DNA of 64,000 nt, taken from positions 1 through 64,000 of IMG/VR virus record IMGVR_UViG_3300031993_000026; one strand, written 5' to 3'. The position numbers and the translations under genes were made by a program. The stretch is from an uncultured virus (IMG/VR IMGVR_UViG_3300031993_000026). Its lineage: Duplodnaviria > Heunggongvirae > Uroviricota > Caudoviricetes. The first letter of the stretch is position 1. Every line of letters starts with the position of its first letter. The notes under the pieces were generated by a model. The model was not told the origin of the DNA. It saw only the letters and a list, made by a program, of their open reading frames with translations, and searched no databases. Shown here in pieces: positions 26,898 through 37,406 of this stretch.

Positions 26898-27317
26898 TTA
26901 TATCTCTGGGTTATTCAGTTCAACATTGTTGTCGTACCATACAGCCACATAGTACGGAGGTTCTATTTCAAGCCTGTCCCTTATCTCCGAAGTGAGGAGT
27001 ATGTACTGCTTCAGGAAGTCCTTGCTCTTCTGGTCAACCACTCGGAACTTGCCCAACTTCATCTTTGAGGTGTCGGGTATGTTCGTGTCCGCCACAAAGA
27101 AGTTCGGGCAGAAGTTGGCTTGCATAAGGAAGTATGTCTTGCAGGAGTTGTGGTCTTCGTCCTTCCCCCCTATGTAGATGTTGACGGTGGTTTCGTCCCC
27201 CTGCTTGTCAACCCGTATGTTGTCCTTGTCCTTCAATGCGTCCGCAACATCGAGGAGCGCATCAAAGTCGTCAGCCACCGAAAGGCTCTCGTTGAACTCT
27301 CTGTAAGTCTTTATCAT
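26898..27317 (-). CDS. Hypothetical protein with capsid-targeting-like leader
   Basis: MIKTYREFNES; late promoter 27347-27354 on - strand. Confidence 0.75.
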   Translation of the reverse strand: MIKTYREFNESLSVADDFDALLDVADALKDKDNIRVDKQGDETTVNIYIGGKDEDHNSCKTYFLMQANFCPNFFVADTNIPDTSKMKLGKFRVVDQKSKDFLKQYILLTSEIRDRLEIEPPYYVAVWYDNNVELNNPEI

Positions 27318-27414
27318 CTGTTATGGTTTTTATGCTATATATAACTTATTTATATGTGGCAGAAAAACGGGCGCACCAGAAGATGCGCCCGCGCCGTTTT
27401 TTTTCTTGCCCAGA

Positions 27415-28386
27415 CTATCTGTCGAATTTCCTGCCCAGTGCTATGCGTTCGCCCAGACTTGATGTCGGGTGCATCGACTGGTAGTTCCTGATTATGTTCG
27501 AGAACGCCCGCCCCTTGTACGAGAAATGTCGCCAGAGCGATGATATGAACTTCGCAACGCCTTCTTCGTTTTGTGCGTCCGTGTTGCTGTATGTCGCTTC
27601 GAGCCAGTTGACCAGACGCGAAATGTCTTCGGCTGGCGGTGCGTTGAACTCGTTGAAGTTTGAGAAGTATGTCGCGAGGCACTTGCACGCATCCTCCCTG
27701 CTTGTACGCGGGAGCGTGTTTTCGCGTCCGCTTATGACTGCATTCCATATCCTCTTGCCTTCCGCTTCGCTGTCATACGGGCTTGCGCTTTCCCTTACCG
27801 CGTTGATGTCGAAGTCATCGGCTTTCACGATGTGTATGTTTTCGTATCCAATCCTCTGGAGTTCGGATATGAGTGCGCTTACTTCGCGCGCGTCGTTTTC
27901 CGATACTTCGCTCGTGTCGTTGAGCATATAGTCCACCGAAGCGTCGGAGTGCTGACCTATGTGCGAATAGCATCCGATGTACTTGCCGTTTATCTGCTCT
28001 GGGAAGAAAGCGACAAGTTGTCCGTCATCTTCCCTTCTTATGATTACTGGCGTACCGCTCCTGTTGTAACTTTCGTTCATCGACTGCTCGAAATTGCGTT
28101 CGAGCGCGTTTATCGCGGATTTCCTGAAGTCGCCCCACCAGTCGTTGAATGTGAGAGCGTCCTCCACGGTAACGACCTTCTTGTATTCCTTTCTGGCATC
28201 GGATTCCAATGCGTCCACGAGTTGTTCAGCCTTTCTGTACTTCTTCGGGTTGTCGGCAATCGCCTGCGCAGCGGTGTCGAAGAACCATCCCTGAACCTTT
28301 ACTATCTGCGCCCTCGCCTTTATAGCGGACAACAGACCTTCGTTCATAAAGTCCGTCATTTCGTTTATCCTCTTGATGTGTACCAT
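27415..28386 (-). CDS. Multi-segment hypothetical protein with capsid-targeting-like leader
   Basis: MVHIKRINEM..FMNEG; central CYSHIGQHS domain. Confidence 0.75.
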   Translation of the reverse strand: MVHIKRINEMTDFMNEGLLSAIKARAQIVKVQGWFFDTAAQAIADNPKKYRKAEQLVDALESDARKEYKKVVTVEDALTFNDWWGDFRKSAINALERNFEQSMNESYNRSGTPVIIRREDDGQLVAFFPEQINGKYIGCYSHIGQHSDASVDYMLNDTSEVSENDAREVSALISELQRIGYENIHIVKADDFDINAVRESASPYDSEAEGKRIWNAVISGRENTLPRTSREDACKCLATYFSNFNEFNAPPAEDISRLVNWLEATYSNTDAQNEEGVAKFISSLWRHFSYKGRAFSNIIRNYQSMHPTSSLGERIALGRKFDR

Positions 28387-28404
28387 ATCAATCAGTTTAT
28401 ATTA

Positions 28405-28821
28405 TTATTCTTCTGCAAGTCTTTCGTGGACTTCCTTTATCCCCCTGTAAATCTGGAGGAGTTTAAGTATCTCAATGTCGTTTATTGAAACTTCCTTGCC
28501 TCCGTTGCATACTACCGCGAAGTCGTTTGCATCGCGCTTGCGTATGCCTTCCAATGTAAACGGTGATGTGGAATCTTCTATGACGACCATTCCGTATATG
28601 CTTGAGTTGTCGAAGTCGTTTGCTATGTCGAGATATCCGCCACGCATTTGTACGACTACCGCGTTTATGCACTTCGCTATGGATTCGCGCAGTGTTTCCG
28701 CTCTTTCGATATATCTGTCTATCTTCGCCCCGTCCTTGCTGAACACCTCCGTCAAGCCGTCGAGTGCTTCGTCCACTCTGGCTTGCGACCTGTATTCCTC
28801 GAATGTTTTTATTCGTACCAT
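28405..28821 (-). CDS. Hypothetical protein with capsid-targeting-like leader
   Basis: MVRIKTFEEY; late promoter 28847-28854 on - strand. Confidence 0.75.
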   Translation of the reverse strand: MVRIKTFEEYRSQARVDEALDGLTEVFSKDGAKIDRYIERAETLRESIAKCINAVVVQMRGGYLDIANDFDNSSIYGMVVIEDSTSPFTLEGIRKRDANDFAVVCNGGKEVSINDIEILKLLQIYRGIKEVHERLAEE

Positions 28822-28929
28822 ATTTGATATGTATTGTATTATAACTTATTTATATGTTTGTGTGTGAAACAAAAAAAGACGGTACGCATACGCCATACCG
28901 TCCTGTCTTTTCTAACGCGAGTTGTCCTC

Positions 28930-29493
28930 TTACCTTCCGAGACCGATTGTCTGCTCGTCCCAGCAGTCGCAACGGAACTGTGCCGTGAGGACTGCGCAGT
29001 CGTTGGACTTGTAGTCCAAGTCGCCGAGACCGTCCTGCAACTGTCCCATAGGTATCATTTCCTGCAAGTCAATCCTGCGGTAGATGCTTCCGTCACGGTT
29101 GTACTGTACGATTACGCCCGAACCGACATACTGGCGTTTCATAGCCGAAGTGCCTGTCAACGGATTCCAGCGCAAATCCCACCACTTTCTCATAGTGGTA
29201 TATACGAAGTTCTCGTTTGCATCGTCCAAGTTGAGTTCAAATGTTATCGTCAGGTCGAGGGTGGTCTTTTCGGGGTTGGCTGCGTAACTTCTCGTAGCCT
29301 GCTTGTATGACTGCTCCGCAATCGCAACGCTTGGGTTGAGGTCACCGAGACCGCCTACCGTCTTGACCTGCTCTATAAGTAACGGGTGTCCGCCTGAAGG
29401 TGGGAACAATGTTACCTCGAACATCGACTTGAATACGGGTTCCCAGTGGTTGACTGCACTCGCCGAGTTTCTAAAATGTGGTAAACCTGCCAT
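28930..29493 (-). CDS. Tail tube protein (T4 gp19-like)
   Basis: EPV..SMFEV, MRKWWD...NPLTG, QYNRDG and F.CD.W motifs; late promoter 29561. Confidence 0.8.
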   Translation of the reverse strand: MAGLPHFRNSASAVNHWEPVFKSMFEVTLFPPSGGHPLLIEQVKTVGGLGDLNPSVAIAEQSYKQATRSYAANPEKTTLDLTITFELNLDDANENFVYTTMRKWWDLRWNPLTGTSAMKRQYVGSGVIVQYNRDGSIYRRIDLQEMIPMGQLQDGLGDLDYKSNDCAVLTAQFRCDCWDEQTIGLGR

Positions 29494-29652
29494 ATTGCTA
29501 TCAAGTTTTATTATAATTCATCTAATGCGGTGGATACCCATTGCGTACCCAGCCTTATATTATTTATAAATTTGATTTTTTATGGATTTCGGTCGGAATG
29601 ATTTTCCTTTCCGAGTGCTATTTATAAATAATATATAGTAAAATTTCGGATA

Positions 29653-31449
29653 ATGGCAACTCATATATTCAGCGTTAACGAATACCAGACCGCGCTTGAA
29701 CTCGGATACAGCGAAACTCTCAACGAGGGTTTGCTCGGCAAGTGGCGGACGAAGAACAAACTCGCGAAGATGCTCGCACCGACCATCGCCACTGGCAAGG
29801 ATGTGTTCGACTCGATAAACGACAATGTGTCCAAACTTGAAGATATTGTCGAGGAGTACAACGAGAAAATCAAGGACGATGCCCACCACAGGAGAAGCGT
29901 GGGCGAGAAGGTCGAGGACACGCTTACAGTCACATTCGACCGTGCGTTGCTGACAATGCAGTCGCTTATCGACCTTTCCGACATTAAGGTCGGCTCGTTC
30001 ACGAAGGATGTCCTTATGTGCAACATAGTGAACTACAAGATTTTCGTAGCCCCAATCCGTATGGCGCAGATTATGTCGCTCGGCTACCAGTATTATATGG
30101 CTATCGTAAGGCAGTCGTTGCAGAGCGCACTGATTATGATAGAACTGTATGCCGACACATTCTTCGCTATGGTTCGGGAGGACATAAACGGCGAGCGTGC
30201 GAAGTACGAGGAGATATATGCGACAGCAAGGAACAGCACGATTTCGCAGTTGAGGGACATTGTTGAGAACATCGGTTCCGACGGTGCGCCAGTGGGAGGC
30301 ACGAAGTACGATGCCAACACCCGCAAACTCACGACAGACCTGTTAAAGCAGTTCAGGCAGATGAGTACGGAGTACAACAAGATGCACAACGACACGAGGT
30401 ACGGAGGCTACAGGCAGAACATATTTCAGGAGGGCGGTCATAACATCGAGTCCCTTCTCCGCGACAACACGGGCAAGGAACTCCAAGCGATGCAGGAACG
30501 CTTCACCCAACTCGGCAGCAAGCCGTCAAAGGACGGGGAGGACAATATGGTCGGCTCTTATGCTTCGGCGGTGAAGGCGAACGCGGAAAAGCGTGCATAC
30601 AGGCTCTGTGCGAAGATGAATATGAATATGATGAGGATAGTCAAGATGTTCTCGCTTCGCTCGCAGGAGGGTCTCGCTGCGCTTCTCGACAGGCTCAACC
30701 AGAATGAACTTAAAGTCGAGAACGCGCTTGAAACGACTATTGACGGTGGCATTGACAAGATGAAGGGTGTTAAGGTCTCCCCGTACAAGAATGAACCGAT
30801 AGTTACCACTGCGGAGGCGCAGAAGAAGGAGCGTGCTTTCTTCAAGGCTGTCGGGATAGACCTTCTTGGTGAGAAGGCGGTGAAGAGGCTTCTTGACGCG
30901 AAGGGTTCGTTGAGTTATGTGAAGTTCCTTACGGAAGAGAAGTTTACATACAGGCAGGCTGTCAGCATAATCGAGGAAAAATCGACCACTGTCGGGGACT
31001 ATGAAGAAGTTACCGATGATAACACAGGGGACAAGTATTGGAGACCAGTCGGCTACAGGGGCAGGTTCGCGAGGAAGAAGTTTGAAGCCAGCGATGACTA
31101 TTCTGACATTGCCACCGAGAAGTACGGGCTGAAGTACAACAAGGAAACTGGCGAGTTCGACAGCACGGGTGATGTGCATATAGGCAAGGACTTGGTTTCC
31201 AACGGCACATTCGCAGTCCAGTTCGGGCGCATAAAGGGCAACTTCAACTGCTCTTCGCTTGGGCTTATCTCGATGAAGAACTGCCCGAAGCGCGTTGACG
31301 GCAACCTCAACTGTACGGACAACGGCAAACTTGAATACGATGAAAAGCATTTCTACGGCTATCTTCCGAGCGAGATGAAGGGTAAGATTATAGCGGACGA
31401 GGAATGTGACACCGACTTTGCAAAGCATTATTATAAAAAGATTAAATAG
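29653..31449 (+). CDS. Helical protein with C-terminal capped minimal LRR-like module
   Basis: C-terminal ~110 aa align by eye with the N- and C-caps of 54837-56198. Confidence 0.75.
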   Translation: MATHIFSVNEYQTALELGYSETLNEGLLGKWRTKNKLAKMLAPTIATGKDVFDSINDNVSKLEDIVEEYNEKIKDDAHHRRSVGEKVEDTLTVTFDRALLTMQSLIDLSDIKVGSFTKDVLMCNIVNYKIFVAPIRMAQIMSLGYQYYMAIVRQSLQSALIMIELYADTFFAMVREDINGERAKYEEIYATARNSTISQLRDIVENIGSDGAPVGGTKYDANTRKLTTDLLKQFRQMSTEYNKMHNDTRYGGYRQNIFQEGGHNIESLLRDNTGKELQAMQERFTQLGSKPSKDGEDNMVGSYASAVKANAEKRAYRLCAKMNMNMMRIVKMFSLRSQEGLAALLDRLNQNELKVENALETTIDGGIDKMKGVKVSPYKNEPIVTTAEAQKKERAFFKAVGIDLLGEKAVKRLLDAKGSLSYVKFLTEEKFTYRQAVSIIEEKSTTVGDYEEVTDDNTGDKYWRPVGYRGRFARKKFEASDDYSDIATEKYGLKYNKETGEFDSTGDVHIGKDLVSNGTFAVQFGRIKGNFNCSSLGLISMKNCPKRVDGNLNCTDNGKLEYDEKHFYGYLPSEMKGKIIADEECDTDFAKHYYKKIK

Positions 31450-31450
31450 T

Positions 31451-31873
31451 ATGATTGGAAATATGAGTGAAATCGGCACTAACCAAGATGTGAAGTTGAG
31501 CAATGCGGAACTTCTTGACAGGCTTTTCAAGATGGACTGCGGTACATTCACAAAGTTTATGCGTAACATTGACGCAATCGGAAGCGAGGACTTCGTGGAC
31601 TTTTTCAGTATGGAAACTCTCAACGCCACCATAGTAAAGGCTGTCGCCGACGGATATACGGTTTCGTTGAAGGGGCTTAACAGCAAGTCCAGCAAGTACA
31701 TATATGTCAGGTATATCAATTCGCCATACGGCAAGACCTGCGAGATACAGGCTTACGGGGACACGAAGTACAGGGAGATGCCGTTCAACTTCGACTGCAT
31801 CCTGCGCGACCACGCAGCAGACCTCGCTATGATGGGGACGGGATTGCCTGTCGCTATGGGCGTGCGCAGATAA
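31451..31873 (+). CDS. Hypothetical protein
   Basis: ATG at 31451 after the previous stop. Confidence 0.6.
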   Translation: MIGNMSEIGTNQDVKLSNAELLDRLFKMDCGTFTKFMRNIDAIGSEDFVDFFSMETLNATIVKAVADGYTVSLKGLNSKSSKYIYVRYINSPYGKTCEIQAYGDTKYREMPFNFDCILRDHAADLAMMGTGLPVAMGVRR

Positions 31874-31889
31874 CATAAGGAGGAACTGT

Positions 31890-32357
31890 ATGTCTGGGTA
31901 TCACATATTGAGGTTCGAGGAAATCTTCGAGGAGAAAGTAACCACCAGAAAGGGGATAGTTGACTATCTCGAAGACGGGTATGTGAAGTTCGTGTACTTC
32001 AAGGCTGGCGGCGAGAGGCGTACCGCGTTCGGAACGCTCAAGGGCGGTTTCATAGACAGGAACTTCGAGTATTCCGACGCACCGAAGGACGACAAGTCCC
32101 GCAACTCCCAGAAGGCTACGGACGAGATGGGGTACATAAAGTATTATGACCTTGAAAGGCACGGCTTCCGAATGTTCAAGATAGACAACAATGTTTATTT
32201 CAAGGAGTTCTACAGGACGCTTGCAGACCTCATCGAAGCATATCCGAAGTTCAGGAAGGAGTTTTCGGACTACAAGCGTGCGAAGGACGAACTTGACACC
32301 AAGCCGAAAGGCAGGATGAAGAAAAAGAATAAGGGCGAGGAGGCAACGGAGGAATAG
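31890..32357 (+). CDS. WYL-like / DUF2693 SH3-fold protein
   Basis: VKFVYFKAGGERRTAFGTL...YYDLE..GFRMF. Confidence 0.7.
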   Translation: MSGYHILRFEEIFEEKVTTRKGIVDYLEDGYVKFVYFKAGGERRTAFGTLKGGFIDRNFEYSDAPKDDKSRNSQKATDEMGYIKYYDLERHGFRMFKIDNNVYFKEFYRTLADLIEAYPKFRKEFSDYKRAKDELDTKPKGRMKKKNKGEEATEE

Positions 32358-32358
32358 T

Positions 32359-33270
32359 ATGGCTGCCAGCAGGTACAACCAGAGTTACAACTATGACGGG
32401 AGCGTGGTGCGGTATGTGATTGTCGCACTGCTCGCCGAGTTGAGAAACCGTGTCTATATCTACCAGAGGGATGTGGACGAGAACGACACGCCCGTTCTCA
32501 CGAAGGTCGATGTGCCTTTTATGTACAGTGTGACGGGGAGCGAGCGTTTTCTTAAAGATGAGTTCCAGTATGACGCGGAGACCAACGGCAAGGCTATCGG
32601 GGACTACGAGAGAGTTCCGCGTGGCGTGCTTCAACTCGAAAGCATAGGCATTGACGCGCAGAGCCAGATGAACAAGTTTGTCCAGACGAAACTCACCCAC
32701 GAGGTAAGGGGCGAACTCCGCACATTCTATATGAGGTGCTGTTTCCTCCCTCTGAACCTTTCGTTCAGTTGCAACTTCGTATGCAGCAACCAACTTGAAA
32801 TGCTCAAACTTACGGAGAGCGTTATGAGCAAACTTTACTCGGCAAACATCTTCTATGTCGATTTGGGGGTTATGACGATACAGAGCAGTTACACACTGCC
32901 TACCGACTTCCAGCAACAGAGGACGACCGAGTTCGGTCTGAACGAGAAGAAGGAATATACCGTGTCCTGCAACATAGAGGTCAAGTCCTTTATGCCAGTG
33001 TTCGAGCACGGCGTGTTGCTTGACGAGATTGCCGATATGGTCAAGGACTTGGATATGAACGACGGCGTTGTTATGCTTTCGGAGGACGAGTTCGGAAGGC
33101 TGAAACTTATGAGTGGCGGGACGATAGAGAGTTTCGAGGCTGGCGTGCATTTTGACGAAATGCCGAAGAGCGTTATGTGGAGCAATGATGCGAGCGAGGA
33201 GAAGGATTATGTCATCCACCAGCCGGGCAACGAGGAGTTGCAGAACAGGAAGTTCAGGCGGACTAACTGA
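32359..33270 (+). CDS. Tail terminator / sheath stabiliser (T4 gp15-like)
   Basis: VDVPFMY...ERFL, VPRG and PLNLSF patterns. Confidence 0.6.
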   Translation: MAASRYNQSYNYDGSVVRYVIVALLAELRNRVYIYQRDVDENDTPVLTKVDVPFMYSVTGSERFLKDEFQYDAETNGKAIGDYERVPRGVLQLESIGIDAQSQMNKFVQTKLTHEVRGELRTFYMRCCFLPLNLSFSCNFVCSNQLEMLKLTESVMSKLYSANIFYVDLGVMTIQSSYTLPTDFQQQRTTEFGLNEKKEYTVSCNIEVKSFMPVFEHGVLLDEIADMVKDLDMNDGVVMLSEDEFGRLKLMSGGTIESFEAGVHFDEMPKSVMWSNDASEEKDYVIHQPGNEELQNRKFRRTN

Positions 33271-33293
33271 AAGGCGTTGATATAAATAATGAT

Positions 33294-35081
33294 ATGGCAC
33301 AGGGCATTGACATAATAGAGGCTTATTCCGACTTGTTCGGCAACGGCTACCAGAACGGATGGAAGGTTTCTGGTACTGCGCTCCCCAACTACCTGTGGGC
33401 TGAACACGGTGTCAAGAGGGAGAAGGTTACTGGCGAGGACGGCAAGGAGAGGGAGACAAAGACAATATATGATATTGATTCGAGCGAGATATACGCTCCG
33501 TTTTCCCTTTTCTCCAACCACAAATTGTTTTCGTTCGTCGGGCTTGGCAATCCTATGTACGGTCACAAGGAGGACTTGCAGGGACGCTTCGACGACAGGT
33601 ACGAGGCGAGGTACACCGCGCAGGCTCACTGGCAGGACGCAGAGCCGACCTACCCGAACATCATAAAGGCGTACGAGAACATAGATGCTGCCCGCTACAA
33701 GATACAGGACTTCATCTACAACAAGTATTACGGCTCTATACCGCCCAACTACCTGATTACGCTTCGCCGTTATGCCAACCCGTGTGACGACATTCCGTTC
33801 ACTCTCGCTTGGGACGAGGCTACGCATCAGGGTATGTGGACTACGAGCGTTATGCTTCCCGTTGCGACCGCAACTACATATATGAGCGAACTTGCTGGCA
33901 ACAAGATGGACGAGATGCTGAAGATGGGCTGGAATATGAAGTTTTCCGACACGGAGAGCGAAGTTCAGGTAATAAAGTCCAACACTCCGGGTGCTACGGC
34001 GTTTGGTCACGGGCAGAAATTCAACGACAAGAGTGCGAAGTCCAACTTCACGAACGGCTTTAACGCAACTATGTCAAATTTGTTCACTGGGAACAACTAT
34101 ACCTATGCGTATCAGACAGTTGCGGCGGAATATGCCAATATGGACCCAATGGAAAAATACTCGAAATATACGGTCGGCCCCCTCGATGTGATAAAGAGCA
34201 CGAAGAAGCGCGATATGGGCTTGGAGTTCTCGCACGAGTTCGCATTGAAGTTCGCATACGAGTTGAAGTCCTTGCAGTATGTCAACCCGAAGATGGCTAT
34301 GCTCGACATAATCGCCAATATGGTTTCTATGGGAACTAACACTGGTACTTGGTGGGGCGGTGCTATAAGATATTACGGTAACGGCGGTGGCTACGGAAGG
34401 CAGATAGGCGACCCGACATTGTTTATGAAGGGCGACTATGCTGGCTACTTCAAGTCCGTCGCCTCGAATGTCAATGAGTCGATAAAGTCGCTCAACGGAG
34501 GGGCGGAGGTCAAGTCGTTCGCCGATGTAATCGAAATGGCAAAGAATTTCATCAAGGGTATGGCTGGAAACTTTCTCGGTTCTCTTATCAACGGAAAACT
34601 CGGTCAGGTGGCGGCTCAACAGCCAGCGCACGCCCTCTTGGACGGTGCGCCTACTGGCTACTGGCACGTCACATTCGGCAACCCCCTCAACCCTATCGCT
34701 ATGATGGGCAATATGATATGCAAGAAGGTCGATATGAACTTGGGTGGCGGTCTCGGCTGGGACGACTTCCCCGTCGAGTGTTCGTTCACTTGCAGTATGG
34801 AACACGGCAAGCCCCGTGACGCTGGCGACATAGAGTCTATGTTCAATGCGGGAAGGGGCAGGATATATCTTCCGCCTTATCTCGGAGAGGTCGAGGGTAT
34901 GAGCGAGGCGGACGCTAACAAGGCACAGCAGGCACTTGCCGTTGACGAGCAGATTAAGAACCAGAAGAACCCGATGACAATCGGTCTGCCGAAGGGCAAG
35001 GGCGGGACGAAGTATTCCACCGCAAGCGGTTACAAGGTTCTTGATAAGGCTATCGACAATGTTGTAAGGCTTACAAGGTAG
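33294..35081 (+). CDS. Probable baseplate/tail structural protein
   Basis: 595-aa late gene; C-terminal WHVTFGNPLNPI...FPVE..F region reminiscent of tube-cap proteins. Confidence 0.55.
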   Translation: MAQGIDIIEAYSDLFGNGYQNGWKVSGTALPNYLWAEHGVKREKVTGEDGKERETKTIYDIDSSEIYAPFSLFSNHKLFSFVGLGNPMYGHKEDLQGRFDDRYEARYTAQAHWQDAEPTYPNIIKAYENIDAARYKIQDFIYNKYYGSIPPNYLITLRRYANPCDDIPFTLAWDEATHQGMWTTSVMLPVATATTYMSELAGNKMDEMLKMGWNMKFSDTESEVQVIKSNTPGATAFGHGQKFNDKSAKSNFTNGFNATMSNLFTGNNYTYAYQTVAAEYANMDPMEKYSKYTVGPLDVIKSTKKRDMGLEFSHEFALKFAYELKSLQYVNPKMAMLDIIANMVSMGTNTGTWWGGAIRYYGNGGGYGRQIGDPTLFMKGDYAGYFKSVASNVNESIKSLNGGAEVKSFADVIEMAKNFIKGMAGNFLGSLINGKLGQVAAQQPAHALLDGAPTGYWHVTFGNPLNPIAMMGNMICKKVDMNLGGGLGWDDFPVECSFTCSMEHGKPRDAGDIESMFNAGRGRIYLPPYLGEVEGMSEADANKAQQALAVDEQIKNQKNPMTIGLPKGKGGTKYSTASGYKVLDKAIDNVVRLTR

Positions 35082-35145
35082 TGCTTCGGAGAGCCGACGA
35101 AATTTCTTTCATTTATAAATAATATAGAATATATGTTATTGGAAA

Positions 35146-35541
35146 ATGTTAGAAGTTATCATAACCGCCGTCATCACGCTCGTAGGAACACTCGTTCCCG
35201 GCGGTATCATCTTTCACAGGCAGAACAAGCGTATAAAGGAAGCCGAAGCGAAGAAGCAGGAGATTGAGAACTCCGAACTCGTGATACACCAGTGGAGAGA
35301 AAGGGTGGATGACTTGAAGCAGGCGAAGGAAATGGTTGACAACAACTACAACAGGCTAATCGGCGAGCACGAGAAATTGCAGGAGAAATACGAGAGCAAG
35401 CAGAAGGAGAACCAGAAACTCGAACTTATGAACCAAGAGTTATGCTGGTGGAAGTGCATAGTTCGGGGATGCCCGAACAGGAAACCCCCGCGCGACATTG
35501 ACGAGTTGGAGGCGAAGGAGGCTGACGAGCATAACGACTAA
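35146..35541 (+). CDS. Membrane-anchored coiled-coil protein (possible lysis accessory)
   Basis: N-terminal transmembrane helix, coiled coil, C..GC..R.PP tail; late promoter 35114. Confidence 0.6.
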   Translation: MLEVIITAVITLVGTLVPGGIIFHRQNKRIKEAEAKKQEIENSELVIHQWRERVDDLKQAKEMVDNNYNRLIGEHEKLQEKYESKQKENQKLELMNQELCWWKCIVRGCPNRKPPRDIDELEAKEADEHND

Positions 35542-35569
35542 CATACTTTGACGAAATACTTTTTGAACG

Positions 35570-37381
35570 ATGATAACATTTCAGGAGACATTGGAACAGC
35601 ACGGCATCGAGTTCGTTGACGCTTTGATGAACAACTATGTTGTCGTGTACGAGAAGAAGGACTGTAGCGTGTTGAGTTTTATGCGCTACGGAGAGGAACT
35701 GAAGTTCTTCAAGGGCAACGACAAGGAGGAGATAACCCCGCTCAACTATGCCCTGCACAACTATTTCGAGGAAGGCATAAACTACATAAGGAGGGCGAGC
35801 AGCATATTTTTCCGCGAGTTCCCAGACGGGTGGCTCTTCAAGTTGAACTACAAGCCGACAACGGATTCGGATGTTACGGGTGTCAACCCAGACAGCACGG
35901 ACGATATGCTTGAACTTTCCGCAATCGTAAGCGACAGCGGTAATGTTATGAAGGAGGAGAGTGCGCTTTCGGGCTGGGCTGAAAGGCTCGGTGTCGGATA
36001 TGTGAAGCCCGTGTTCAGCGGTTTCCTCAACGAGTTCCAGAAGAGCAGGCTGTACGCATACATAAAAGAACCCGTGTTGAGCGGTGATGTTACATTCAGT
36101 TCATACATAATGAACATACTCAACCCGAATGTGCAGTCTGACAGCGCGGACGGCTACTACTTCAACTTCTACAAGAACGGAAGCAAGAAGGCTACGGCAC
36201 TGAAACTCATAGACCCGATGGTGGCGGCTTTCGCTCGCAAGGCGAAGGACAGCAACATAAAGTCGAGTAACACCTCCGAACTCGTGCTTCTCAACTTCAC
36301 CTGCTGGCTGAAGAATGTTGACCTTTCCAAGTACAAGGTGGAGGGTAACACGGACGATGAGAGATACCTCGACCTGATATGCAAGTTGTTCAACGACTAC
36401 ATAGAAGCCGAAAGCACTATATATAGCACATATATTAAGGAAAGTTACAGCGCGATAAACCTCGACAGGATAAAGAACGAAAAGACGAGGGAACTGTTGA
36501 GCAAGCACTCGCAGTACCAAGAGCCTTTCCAGATTATCGCTGGAAGTTTCAAGTCCCCGAAGGACACGAACTATGTGAACCCGACATCGCTTATGAACAG
36601 CGACATCGTTGACTCGTTCAACGGCGAGGTCGAGCGCATTATGAAGAAGGTTTCGGTTGAAGGCATAACGCCCAATGGACTTGACGGGGGGAAGAAGCCG
36701 AGCGAAGTCCATAAGCCGAAGGAGGAGGAGAAGTTCCTTACATTCATTGATTTCATCACACAGGACAAGGACAGCGACTATGTGAAGTCGATGGAGCAGG
36801 CAAAGGAAAAGGACGAAGCCCCGAAGCACGAAATCCCGAAGTACGAGCCGAAGCCAGACGAAAAGAAGGATGAAGCGAAACCCGAAGCGAAGAAGGCTGA
36901 CGACAAGAAGTCTGGCAAGGATGAGAAGCCCGAAGAAAAGAAGAAGTCCGACAAGGAGGAAAAGTCCGACAAGGACGAAAAGTCCAGCAAGGACGATAAG
37001 AAGTCAGACGAGAAAGCCAATGAGAAGTCTGACAAGGAAGCCGACAAGGAAGATAAGGACGGGAAGAAGGACGACAAGAAAGCCAATGAGAAGTCCGACA
37101 AGGACGAAAAGCCAGAGGACAAGGATGAAGAAAAGAAGTCCGACGAGAAAGCCGATGAGGAAGATAATACCGACGAAAAGGACAATGGGGAGGAAAAGAC
37201 CGACGAGGGAAGCGAAGCCGACAACTCCGATGACGGAGGGGATAGCGACAGTGCGTCCGACAATGGCGGAAGCGATGAAGGTGCTTCGGACGGCGGTGAG
37301 GAAACCCCGAAGAACGATAAGAAGAACGGCAAGAAGAAAGATGAGAAGGACGATGACGGCGGTTCAAGTTTCTCGCTGTAA
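35570..37381 (+). CDS. Protein with degenerate ligase-like N-terminus and long K/D/E low-complexity tail
   Basis: YEKKDCS (KxDG-like), VKPVFSG; ~190-aa charged tail. Confidence 0.7.
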   Translation: MITFQETLEQHGIEFVDALMNNYVVVYEKKDCSVLSFMRYGEELKFFKGNDKEEITPLNYALHNYFEEGINYIRRASSIFFREFPDGWLFKLNYKPTTDSDVTGVNPDSTDDMLELSAIVSDSGNVMKEESALSGWAERLGVGYVKPVFSGFLNEFQKSRLYAYIKEPVLSGDVTFSSYIMNILNPNVQSDSADGYYFNFYKNGSKKATALKLIDPMVAAFARKAKDSNIKSSNTSELVLLNFTCWLKNVDLSKYKVEGNTDDERYLDLICKLFNDYIEAESTIYSTYIKESYSAINLDRIKNEKTRELLSKHSQYQEPFQIIAGSFKSPKDTNYVNPTSLMNSDIVDSFNGEVERIMKKVSVEGITPNGLDGGKKPSEVHKPKEEEKFLTFIDFITQDKDSDYVKSMEQAKEKDEAPKHEIPKYEPKPDEKKDEAKPEAKKADDKKSGKDEKPEEKKKSDKEEKSDKDEKSSKDDKKSDEKANEKSDKEADKEDKDGKKDDKKANEKSDKDEKPEDKDEEKKSDEKADEEDNTDEKDNGEEKTDEGSEADNSDDGGDSDSASDNGGSDEGASDGGEETPKNDKKNGKKKDEKDDDGGSSFSL

Positions 37382-37406
37382 TCGCATATAATATAAATTT
37401 GAAATT

